Assembly: GCA_014377425.1 (NCBI GenBank)
Contig: JACMPQ010000003.1
Location: forward strand, 8,952 to 72,951
Direction: 5' to 3'
DNA length: 64,000 nt
Source of the DNA: Microbacteriaceae bacterium
GTDB taxonomy: Bacteria > Actinomycetota > Actinomycetes > Actinomycetales > Microbacteriaceae
In this document: in pieces, positions 29,072-38,310 of the stretch
Layout: the number at the start of each line of letters is the position of its first letter
Position numbering within the stretch: the first letter of the stretch is position 1
Notes under the pieces: model-generated
What the model was told of the DNA's origin: nothing
Seen by the model: only the letters and a program-made list of their open reading frames with translations
Databases searched by the model: none
Program-made: the position numbers and the translations under genes

Positions 29072-30571
29072 TTAGCGCTCGCCGAGCAGTTGCTGCAGCC
29101 AGCGGTAGCTGCGCTTGGGGGTGCGGTCCTGCGTGCGGGAGTTGACGTGCAGGAGACCGTAGGGCGTCTCGTAACCACGAGCCCACTCCCATCCATCGAG
29201 CAGCGAACGCACGTACAGCCCGCTCACGGCAACCCGAGCAGCACCGGTCGAACCTGAGACACCGGTCGCACCGGGAGCAGCGATCGCAGCGGAGGTAGCA
29301 GCGAAGGCGACGGCAAGGTGCTCGGCGAGGTAGGCCGTGCGTGCCTCGTCATTGATGGCGCCTTCGACGTCGACCACGTCGGCACAGCTCGCACCGACTG
29401 AGGTTATGACCACCGGCGGCAGCGCCTCGCCGTACCGCGCACCGAGTTCGGCCAGCGCAGCTGCTAGAAACACGGGGGCATCAGGCGTGCCATCACCGGT
29501 GGTGGCAAACTCCGGCCAGGGCGCCGCAACAAAGGGAAAACCGGGGGCGGAAAATCTGGCGGCGGGCGACCCGGAGGCGCGCGATCCGGTAACAGACAAT
29601 CCGGTAGCGGCAAGACCGCCAGCAGCGCTTGATGAACGGATGCGGGTGGGGCCCGAATAACTCAGCCCGTAAAAGTCGAGCGGCTGCGAGATGGTGCGCA
29701 ACTCACTGGGCTCAATCTCGCGAAACAGCGAGAAGACGTCGGGGGTCTCCTCCGGAGCATCCGGATACCGGCCGAGCAGAATCGGGTCGGCGTACAACCG
29801 GTTGTGAATCAGGTCGAACAGCTCTGCCTGATCAACGTCTTCACGGCGATCGGAGGAGGGCTCCACCGGGGTGTGCAGGTTGGCGATACCGATGCGCCCC
29901 GAGACATCCGCCGCACGCAATGCCTCAACGGCGAGCCCGTGCCCGAGCAGCTGGTTGTGCACCACCGCGAGCGCGCCCATCTTGAGTGAGGCGCCGGGGG
30001 CATGGCTGCCCACGGCGTAGCCCTCGATCATGGCGGTAACCGGCTCGCTCAGGGTGACCCAGGAGTCGACCCGGTCGCCGAAGGTGGTTGCGGCGAGGTA
30101 GGCGAAGTCGGCGAGTCTCGACGCGGTGTCGCGGTTGAGCCATCCGCCCACGTGCTGCAGAGGCTCGGGCAGGTCGAAGTGGTGCAGTGTGAGCATCGGA
30201 CGGATGCCCACAGCCAGCAACCCATCGAGCAGCCGGTCGTAAAACGCCACCGCGGCCCGATTCGCGGCGCCCCGACCGGCCGGTTGCAGCCGCGGCCAGC
30301 CGAGCGAGAACCGGTAGGAGTCAATGCCGAGTTCGCGCATGAAGCGCAGATCGTCGCCGAAACGGTGGTAGTGGTCGGCCGTGATTGCGGCGTAACTGTC
30401 GTCGCTGATGCGACCGGGCTGGGCCATAAAAATATCCCAGGTGGAGGGCTCGCGGCCGTCATCCCGCACCGCACCCTCCACCTGAAACGCGGAGGTCTGC
30501 GCGCCGATAGTGAAGTGGGCTGGGACGAGCGCGGCCAGCCCTGCCGGATCATGCAACCACTCGGAGATCAT
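29072..30571 (-). CDS. Glycoside hydrolase family 1 homologue lacking the nucleophile glutamate
   Basis: GH1 blocks FTIGAQTSAFQVEGA, DHYHRFGDDLRFMRELGIDSYRFSLGWPR and LHHFDLP are present. However NEP is SEP, ITENG is ITSVG and DNFEW is DGWEW. Confidence 0.85.
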   Translation of the reverse strand: MISEWLHDPAGLAALVPAHFTIGAQTSAFQVEGAVRDDGREPSTWDIFMAQPGRISDDSYAAITADHYHRFGDDLRFMRELGIDSYRFSLGWPRLQPAGRGAANRAAVAFYDRLLDGLLAVGIRPMLTLHHFDLPEPLQHVGGWLNRDTASRLADFAYLAATTFGDRVDSWVTLSEPVTAMIEGYAVGSHAPGASLKMGALAVVHNQLLGHGLAVEALRAADVSGRIGIANLHTPVEPSSDRREDVDQAELFDLIHNRLYADPILLGRYPDAPEETPDVFSLFREIEPSELRTISQPLDFYGLSYSGPTRIRSSSAAGGLAATGLSVTGSRASGSPAARFSAPGFPFVAAPWPEFATTGDGTPDAPVFLAAALAELGARYGEALPPVVITSVGASCADVVDVEGAINDEARTAYLAEHLAVAFAATSAAIAAPGATGVSGSTGAARVAVSGLYVRSLLDGWEWARGYETPYGLLHVNSRTQDRTPKRSYRWLQQLLGER

Positions 30572-30783
30572 GTGCTGCGCCTTAGCTGTAGTGAATCAAA
30601 TAATCGGGCTAATAAAAAATGACAAATGTTTCCGAAAATTCATCTGGTGGCTTTACCCGCGCCCTATTCTGAACCTATCGCCTCGTGCGCCCTCCCCTCG
30701 CCGCAGCGATCGCCGCCTCCAGCTGGTGTTGATGGCGACGGCTACCTGCCATCCGGGGATGGCCACCAATTGACAGGAACTCC

Positions 30784-32922
30784 GTGGCCACCATGCATCG
30801 CAACGCGGCTCCCCGCTGGGCGTTCCGTGGTGCCCGGGGTCGCGTTGGGGGTCACGTTTTCGCGGTGCTGCTGCTCGCCGCCGGCTTAGCCGGTGCGTCA
30901 TCCGGCGCCGCCAGCGCGCTGGATGCCCCATTGCCGCAGAGCCGCACCAGCTCATTGATTGCGTCCGCGGCCAACGGACATGCCACCACCATCGCGACCA
31001 CCCCCCAAAAGTTTTCCCCCGATGGCCGAATAACCATTTACGGCAGCAAAACCGTGGGAAGTTCTGTCATGGTTACCCTGTCGCCCGGAAACGTTCGGGC
31101 CTGCAGCGTCGCCGCCGACGATCAAGACACCTGGAGTTGCGCAGCCCTGCTGCCAAATGGCGGCCAACAGCGCCTCACCGCGGTGGAGACCCTGAGCGAT
31201 TCCGCGGCTCTGGCACCGGCATCCGTCGACACCCTCATCGACGTACTCGGCGCACCCTTTCTCGACGGCGACGGCACGATTCTTACCGCGGGAAATTTGA
31301 CCGGTATCGGATTCCCCGGGTCGACGGTCATCGTGTCGGTGAACGGCACTCCCGACCCCGGGTGCACTCGCGCTGTCGTGCATCCCAACTCGTTCTGGTC
31401 GTGCCCACTCTCGGCTGCCAGCGGCGGGCCGTACACCGTTCGGGCGCAGCAATCGAACCCGGCCATCGGGGCGGGTTCGCTTTCGCAGTACTCCAACGTG
31501 CAGTCGGTGGTGGTGGATCGGGATGCCCCGGCCGCAGCGGTCATTGCGACACCGGTTTTTGGCACCCGCATCACCGAGGAATCATTCACCGTTTCTGGCA
31601 CCGGCGAATCCGGGGCCACGGTTGATGTGTACCTCGACGGCACCCCCAGCTGCTCCACCGTGGTGGTCGATTCGCAGTTCAGCTGCGTGCTCACTGCCCT
31701 CGCGAACGGGGCGCACGCGCTCCGCGCGCTTCAGCACGATGCCGCCGGAAATTACGCGCCGCCGAGCGCCGAGATCGGGGTAGCCTTCGGGCCCGCGCCG
31801 TCGGCGACGGTACCGCCAACAAGTCCCCCCCGGATCACGACACCCGCCGTACCAAGCCCCGTTCCGGCCGATTCCTCCCCCGACACCGGGGCAGTCGCCG
31901 AGCCGGTAGTACCCGATCCGGTAACGGTACCGACCCCCAGCGCGTCATCCGCTGCGGTTCCGTCTTCCGGCGGCTGGGGCACCACCACAGGCTTCGGTCG
32001 CGGAAACACCCTGCCCCCCGCCGGCCCCGTTCACGAGAATTGGCTTGCCGGACCCCTCATCGGTTTGCTCTTTTTGGCACTGGTCGCAATACCTTTGCGC
32101 CTGCTGGTGGCCGCGGTTGCGGGCCGGATGCCGCGGCCGCGCTTCACCGGACGCAACCAGTCACAGCGCCACCCCGCCACCGCGGTGCCGGCGTCAACAC
32201 GAACCCAGCGCGGGCTGCGCGTCATCGCCCCAATCATGGTGACGGCAGCCGTTATCGCGATCAGTGGCGGTGTGGGCGGCGAGGTACGCTACCTGCGCTT
32301 ATTCTTGGCGATCACCCTCGGGTTGGTCGTGCTCAACGGTCTCACCGCGCTGGTACTTCGAAGCGCATCTCGCCTGCTCGGGCTGGCCACGACGCTACGT
32401 TGGCTGCCGGGGATGCTGGTCGCCGCCGCCGCGACCAGCCTGTTGTCGCGGCTACTGAGCATCGACCCACCGCTGATCGCTGGAGTGCTGGTCGGAGCGG
32501 TGATCGCAAACACCGCCTCGGCACGTCACTCGGCGGTGCTGAGTCTTCTGCAACTCGGCTCGCTCACCGTGCTCGGGATTCTGGCATGGTTCGCCCACGG
32601 GCAAGTGGCAAACGGCACGGGGTTCTGGGCCGCGCTCACCAGCGAAACCCTGGCAACCGTGTTTCTGGCCGGTCTCGGATCAGTGCTGGTGCTCGTGCTC
32701 CCGCTTGGTACGCTTCCCGGCCGGATCATTCTGAACTGGTCGTCACTCGGCTGGACCGCCACAGTCGTGGTAGCGGCGAGCGTGTCGGCCGGCACCATCT
32801 TCGGATCAACGGCCACCGTCTCGGCCGCAATTCCGTGGGCGCTGGCGGTGGCGGCGTTTGCCGGACTGTGCGTGGTGGTGTGGGGCTTCGTTCGCTTTGT
32901 CGAACCGCGACTGCGGGCCTGA
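30784..32922 (+). CDS. Secreted Ig-like-repeat protein fused to a polytopic membrane domain (hypothetical)
   Basis: 712 aa. Signal peptide, then three ~95-aa modules each with a Cys pair (C..WSC), then a Pro-rich linker, then ~8 TM helices. Confidence 0.75.
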   Translation: MATMHRNAAPRWAFRGARGRVGGHVFAVLLLAAGLAGASSGAASALDAPLPQSRTSSLIASAANGHATTIATTPQKFSPDGRITIYGSKTVGSSVMVTLSPGNVRACSVAADDQDTWSCAALLPNGGQQRLTAVETLSDSAALAPASVDTLIDVLGAPFLDGDGTILTAGNLTGIGFPGSTVIVSVNGTPDPGCTRAVVHPNSFWSCPLSAASGGPYTVRAQQSNPAIGAGSLSQYSNVQSVVVDRDAPAAAVIATPVFGTRITEESFTVSGTGESGATVDVYLDGTPSCSTVVVDSQFSCVLTALANGAHALRALQHDAAGNYAPPSAEIGVAFGPAPSATVPPTSPPRITTPAVPSPVPADSSPDTGAVAEPVVPDPVTVPTPSASSAAVPSSGGWGTTTGFGRGNTLPPAGPVHENWLAGPLIGLLFLALVAIPLRLLVAAVAGRMPRPRFTGRNQSQRHPATAVPASTRTQRGLRVIAPIMVTAAVIAISGGVGGEVRYLRLFLAITLGLVVLNGLTALVLRSASRLLGLATTLRWLPGMLVAAAATSLLSRLLSIDPPLIAGVLVGAVIANTASARHSAVLSLLQLGSLTVLGILAWFAHGQVANGTGFWAALTSETLATVFLAGLGSVLVLVLPLGTLPGRIILNWSSLGWTATVVVAASVSAGTIFGSTATVSAAIPWALAVAAFAGLCVVVWGFVRFVEPRLRA

Positions 32923-32947
32923 CTTGTAAACCAGCCAAAAAATTGGG

Positions 32948-33021
32948 TGCCCTCGGTGGGACTTGAACCCACACTGTGACGATTTTAAGTCGCCTGCCTC
33001 TGCCGATTGGGCTACGAGGGC
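32948..33021 (-). tRNA. tRNA with anticodon loop CUUAAAA (apparent anticodon UAA, Leu) but only a 5-nt variable region
   Basis: Hand-folded. Acceptor GCCCTCG/CGAGGGC (7 bp), anticodon stem GGCGA/TCGTC, T arm GTGGG-TTCAAGT-CCCAC, discriminator A. CCA is not encoded. Confidence 0.8.
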
Positions 33022-33026
33022 AAAGA

Positions 33027-33065
33027 GGGAACGCGCCGTTTGATGGTGCACAACGGCGCGTTCCC
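33027..33065 (-). terminator. Perfect 14-bp stem hairpin after ndh, ending 5 nt before the tRNA 5' end
   Basis: gggaacgcgccgtt / aacggcgcgttccc with an 11-nt loop. On the minus strand it is followed by TCTTTG. Confidence 0.55.
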
Positions 33066-33076
33066 GTACTGCTTGG

Positions 33077-34396
33077 TTAGACGCGGGGGCGCGAAGCGTA
33101 TTCTTCGAACGCCTTGCGCGGGGTCTCGCGGGCTTCGATCGACACGATGTCGCGGTTCAGCACCACGTTGAGTGCCCACAGTGTGAAGACGCGAATCTTG
33201 CGCTCCCACATGGGAATGGCGAGACCGTGGTAGCCGCGGTGCATCACCCAGGCCGGGAAGCCGGTAATCGCGATCTTGCCGGACTGGAAGACCCCCACGC
33301 CAAGGCCGAGGGTCGCCACCGCGCCCGCGTTCTCGTGGCGGTAGGGAACCGGCTCGTCGCCACGCAGAACCGACACCACGTTTTTTGCGAGCAGCTTGCC
33401 CTCGCGTACCGCGTGCTGGGCGTTTGGCACGCAGAAGCCGCCAATACCCTTGCCGGTGAGATCTGGAACAGCAGAAACATCTCCGGCGCCCCAGGCATCG
33501 GCGATAACGCCGTCATCGTTGATAACTCGCAGGTCGGCACCGACGCGCAGGCGTCCGCGTTCCTCAACCGGCAGGTCGGTGTTGCGCAGTACCGGGTTGG
33601 CCATGACGCCAGCGGTCCAGATGATGAGGTCAGATTCGAAGCTCTCGCCGGTCGATAGCTCGATCTTTCCACCGACGGCGGAGGTGAGCTGGGTATCTAG
33701 GTGCACCTGGGCACCGCGCTGGTCGAGGTTTTTAAGAACCCAGTAGCTGGTCTTGAGAGACACCTCGGGCATGATGCGACCCATGGCCTCGATGAGGTGA
33801 AAGCTGGTGTCTTCGAACTTGAGGTTCGGGTAGAACTTCAGGAGCGAACTAGCGAGGCTGCGCAGTTCACCGAAAACCTCGATGCCGGCAAAGCCACCAC
33901 CGATGACGGTGACCGTGAGCAGGCGATCGCGTTCGGCACCGGCCGGAAGGTTGGCGGCGCGGGCGAAGTTGGCGAGAAGGCGGTCGCGGATTGCGGTGGC
34001 CTCTTCCACCGTTTTGAGCCCGATGGCAACATCTGCCACTCCCGGGATCGGGAAGGTGCGCGACACGGAGCCGGCGGTGACTACGATCTGGTCGTACTCC
34101 AGCTGCCATGGTTCGCCAATTTCGGGAGTGATGGTGGCGGTCTTGGTTGCGTGGTCGATGTTGGTGACGCGTGCGGTCACGACCTCGGTCTTGGGCAGGT
34201 GGCGTCGGAGCGCAACCACCGCGTGACGCGGCTCAATGGAGCCGGCTGCCACCTCCGGAAGGAAGGGCTGGTAAGTCATATAGGGAAGAGGATCTACGAG
34301 AACAACGTCAGCTTCGCCAGCCGTCAACCATTTTTCGAGTCCGAGGGCCGTGTAGAAACCGGCATAGCCGCCGCCGACAATAAGGATTTTAGTCAC
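33077..34396 (-). CDS. ndh: Type II NADH dehydrogenase (NDH-2)
   Basis: KILIVGGGYAGF and VTVIGGGFAGIE dinucleotide folds, plus AWGAGD. Confidence 0.92.
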   Translation of the reverse strand: MTKILIVGGGYAGFYTALGLEKWLTAGEADVVLVDPLPYMTYQPFLPEVAAGSIEPRHAVVALRRHLPKTEVVTARVTNIDHATKTATITPEIGEPWQLEYDQIVVTAGSVSRTFPIPGVADVAIGLKTVEEATAIRDRLLANFARAANLPAGAERDRLLTVTVIGGGFAGIEVFGELRSLASSLLKFYPNLKFEDTSFHLIEAMGRIMPEVSLKTSYWVLKNLDQRGAQVHLDTQLTSAVGGKIELSTGESFESDLIIWTAGVMANPVLRNTDLPVEERGRLRVGADLRVINDDGVIADAWGAGDVSAVPDLTGKGIGGFCVPNAQHAVREGKLLAKNVVSVLRGDEPVPYRHENAGAVATLGLGVGVFQSGKIAITGFPAWVMHRGYHGLAIPMWERKIRVFTLWALNVVLNRDIVSIEARETPRKAFEEYASRPRV

Positions 34397-34425
34397 TGAG
34401 AAACTCTACACGGCAGGGCTTAGCC

Positions 34426-35784
34426 TCACTTTCGTCGGGCTAGCCGGGCCTCACGTCGAAACGCTCTAATCGCGATTGTGGCCCCGCAACCGAACGTTGC
34501 CAAAACCCCGAGTGGGATCCAGGTCTCGCGCCAGTTTTGCGGTGTCGGGAGCCAAGGATTTTGCTCCGTACCGACGCCGGAGCCGGATGCCTCGGGCACG
34601 GGCACCGCACCCGCAGACTTATCCGGTTGCGTCCTTGTGGACGCAGCACTGGGCGCAGCACTGGGGGCAGCACTTGCTCGCCGATGGATCCGAATCCACT
34701 CACTCAGGCTACCCATCGGGTTCCGGGTCACCGCGACGACCGGCGCAGTCACGGCCGCGGCGGCGTTAATCAGACCGTAGCCGTAGATCGGGCTCGGCCG
34801 ACTCTGTCCGGTCGGGGTGCTCGTTTGAATCAACCGATTGATCACGTTCGTTGCGTCGAGTTGCCGATGCTTTGCCCAGATTAAAGCCACAAGGCCCGCC
34901 ACCAACGGTGTTGCCCCGCTCGTTCCAGCCCATTCGTAGTAGCGATTTGCGGGGCCGGCACCGACGAGTGATTCACTCGGCGCGGCAACGGCGATCGTGA
35001 TGCCCTGGCTCGAAGCGTCGAAGCTCGCGGTGGAATCTTTGCCAACCCCCGCGACGGTCACCACACCCGGCATTGTGGCGGGAGCACCCACCACGGTTGT
35101 GCCGCTCCCGCGGTTGCCAGCCGCCGCAACGATTACCACGTCTTTTTTCATGGCGTATAGAAAGGCGCTATCCCAACTCTCCGGCCAATCAAGGGTGTTT
35201 CGGGTGAGCGACATGTTGATGATGTTTGCGCCATTATCAACCGACCAGCGCACCGCCTTCGCGATCTGCTCGTCGGAGTCGATCGCCCCGGTACCGAAAC
35301 CGACCGAAACCGACAGTAGTTTCGCCTCGGGGGCGACCCCGATCACGCCGTCGGCGTTGCCGAGACCGGGGCCGTGCCCGGCCAAAAGCGAGGCCACCAA
35401 TGTGCCGTGGCTCGGATCATCCCCCACCGGAGTTTGCCCGTTTGAGCTCCCCCCGCCCGAAAAATCGGCGCCGCCGATGACGGTTCCGCTGAGGTCGGCA
35501 ACGCTGCCATCGATGCCGGAATCGATCACTGCGACGGTCATCCCGGCACCGCGAGAGCTTGCCCAGGCGGTGGTGAAGCCGTATTGGGTGAGCCAGTATT
35601 GCGCGTCGCGGAGCTCATCTGCCTGCGCGGGTCGGGCGGAGAGCATTACGGCTGCCGCTGCGAGCGAGAGGATTGCCGCGAGAACTGCGACCCCGCTCCT
35701 GCCGGCCGGAGTTGCCTTGCCTCTGCGATTGCGACCGGTTCCGCGACCGGTGCCGCGACCGCCGTCAGCCGAGGCCGCGCTCAC
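34426..35784 (-). CDS. S8 (subtilisin-family) serine peptidase with N- and C-terminal membrane anchors
   Basis: Catalytic triad contexts VAVIDSGID, HGTLVASLL and GTSGATPLVAG. The GTG at 35784 overlaps the DUF501 stop (GTGA). The longest ORF extends to 35814. Confidence 0.85.
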   Translation of the reverse strand: MSAASADGGRGTGRGTGRNRRGKATPAGRSGVAVLAAILSLAAAAVMLSARPAQADELRDAQYWLTQYGFTTAWASSRGAGMTVAVIDSGIDGSVADLSGTVIGGADFSGGGSSNGQTPVGDDPSHGTLVASLLAGHGPGLGNADGVIGVAPEAKLLSVSVGFGTGAIDSDEQIAKAVRWSVDNGANIINMSLTRNTLDWPESWDSAFLYAMKKDVVIVAAAGNRGSGTTVVGAPATMPGVVTVAGVGKDSTASFDASSQGITIAVAAPSESLVGAGPANRYYEWAGTSGATPLVAGLVALIWAKHRQLDATNVINRLIQTSTPTGQSRPSPIYGYGLINAAAAVTAPVVAVTRNPMGSLSEWIRIHRRASAAPSAAPSAASTRTQPDKSAGAVPVPEASGSGVGTEQNPWLPTPQNWRETWIPLGVLATFGCGATIAIRAFRREARLARRK

Positions 35785-36299
35785 CCTCGGGCTGAATAGT
35801 CTTCGCACTGGCACACCTCAGGCGACCAATTTGCCAGTGCCAACGCACGATCACCGATCGGATTTACTCCGGGGCCGGCAGAGAGTGCGTGGCCGGCGAG
35901 GGCGTGCAGACATTTCACTCGGGTGGGCATACCGCCGGCGGAAATTCCGGCCAGCTCGTCGACGATCTCGAGGGAGTTTCGATCGGCGAGGTACGCCTGG
36001 TGGGCCGTGAGATAGTCGCGCGCGAGGTCATCCTGCTCCCCCAACAGGGCGGCCAGTTGCGGCATCACCCCGGTGGCTTCGAGGGTGGAGATGGCTGCTG
36101 TCGCCGCGGGGTGGCACAAGTAATAAAGGGTAGGAAACGGCGTGCCGTCGTCGAGCCGGGGTTTGGTGGCCACGACGGTCGGGGCTCCGCAGCTACAGCG
36201 AGCCGCGATGCCGACCACGTTGCGGGCCGGGCGGCCGAGCTGGTGGGAGACGATGTCGATGTCCTCAGCGCTGGGCTCAGCAAAAGGTGGGGTCGGCAT
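35781..36299 (-). CDS. DUF501 domain protein (Rv1025-like)
   Basis: 172 aa with GIAARCSCGAPTVVATKPRL and FPTLYYLCHP. It holds the conserved position after ftsB/eno. Confidence 0.8.
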   Translation of the reverse strand: MPTPPFAEPSAEDIDIVSHQLGRPARNVVGIAARCSCGAPTVVATKPRLDDGTPFPTLYYLCHPAATAAISTLEATGVMPQLAALLGEQDDLARDYLTAHQAYLADRNSLEIVDELAGISAGGMPTRVKCLHALAGHALSAGPGVNPIGDRALALANWSPEVCQCEDYSARG

Positions 36300-36301
36300 G
36301 C

Positions 36302-36868
36302 TCAGTTCTTTTCTTTCGTGGTGGGCGTAGCCGACGCTGACGGTGCCGCGGGAGCCGACGGCGCCGATGTCGAGGACGGTGCCGGGGTGGCGACTGCACC
36401 ACGCGGGGCATCGGTGAGGCCTGCGGTGAACACCGAGGTCATCAGGGCGCCCACCCAGTCAACGGTGGCGGTTTGAATGTCGGAGCTGATCGGCAATTGA
36501 CCGACAGCCGGTTCACTCTTGCCGTCATCGATTACCAGAAAGCTGAAATCGCCCGGGTACACGTAATCGAGACGTTCGCGGGCTTGGGCCTGCAGGTAGC
36601 TGGGGTCGTTCCAGCGGGCACGCTGCTTGCCGAGATCATCCACGGCCTTCTGTTCCTGGGCGAGAGAGCCCCGAAGTGAGGCAACCTGCTGGCGCTGCTC
36701 TACCAAAATCTTCAGGCTCGGTGCCAGAACGATCACGGTGAGAATAACCAAAAGCAGGGCCACGATCGTGAACCCGGAAACCCGAATGCTGCGGAGCCAG
36801 CCGGCGCTGAGGGTATTAGCAGTCGGCAGCGCCACCGGAACCTTCTGGGTGCGCTGCCGTCTCGTCAT
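36302..36868 (-). CDS. Septum formation initiator family protein (FtsB/DivIC-like)
   Basis: 188 aa. One TM helix followed by a coiled coil (LKILVEQRQQVASLRGSLAQEQKAVDDL). Conserved eno neighbour. Confidence 0.8.
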   Translation of the reverse strand: MTRRQRTQKVPVALPTANTLSAGWLRSIRVSGFTIVALLLVILTVIVLAPSLKILVEQRQQVASLRGSLAQEQKAVDDLGKQRARWNDPSYLQAQARERLDYVYPGDFSFLVIDDGKSEPAVGQLPISSDIQTATVDWVGALMTSVFTAGLTDAPRGAVATPAPSSTSAPSAPAAPSASATPTTKEKN

Positions 36869-36889
36869 GCTCTTCAGACTAAATGCGGT

Positions 36890-38197
<1,308 letters not shown>

Positions 38198-38282
38198 CTA
38201 GCGCGTTCAATATCTTACCGACGGCTCGCAAACGTGCTGTGGACGAGAGGGGTCCAGCTGGTGACCCGCGCAACCGGTGCTC

Positions 38283-38310
38283 AGTCGATCGGTGTCTAGT
38301 CGATCGGTGT
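38283..38310. repeat. 15-nt tandem duplication (agtcgatcggtgt x2) directly after the hisS stop
   Basis: Read directly from the sequence. On the minus strand it reads TAA ACACCGATCGAC TAG ACACCGATCGAC TGA. Confidence 0.9.

Noticed and set aside
30572-30783. AT-rich patch (aatcaaataatcgggctaataaaaaatgacaaatgtttccgaaaattcat) between GH1 and the Ig-like protein gene, considered as a mobile-element scar or sRNA.
   Set aside because: It has no inverted or direct repeats and no ORF. It is most simply a shared divergent promoter or UP-element region, and the composition alone is insufficient.
34426-35814. Mycosin of a type VII (ESX) secretion locus.
   Set aside because: The architecture is mycosin-like, but no EccB/C/D/E, Esx or PE/PPE-like genes are adjacent. 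It is called only as an S8 peptidase.
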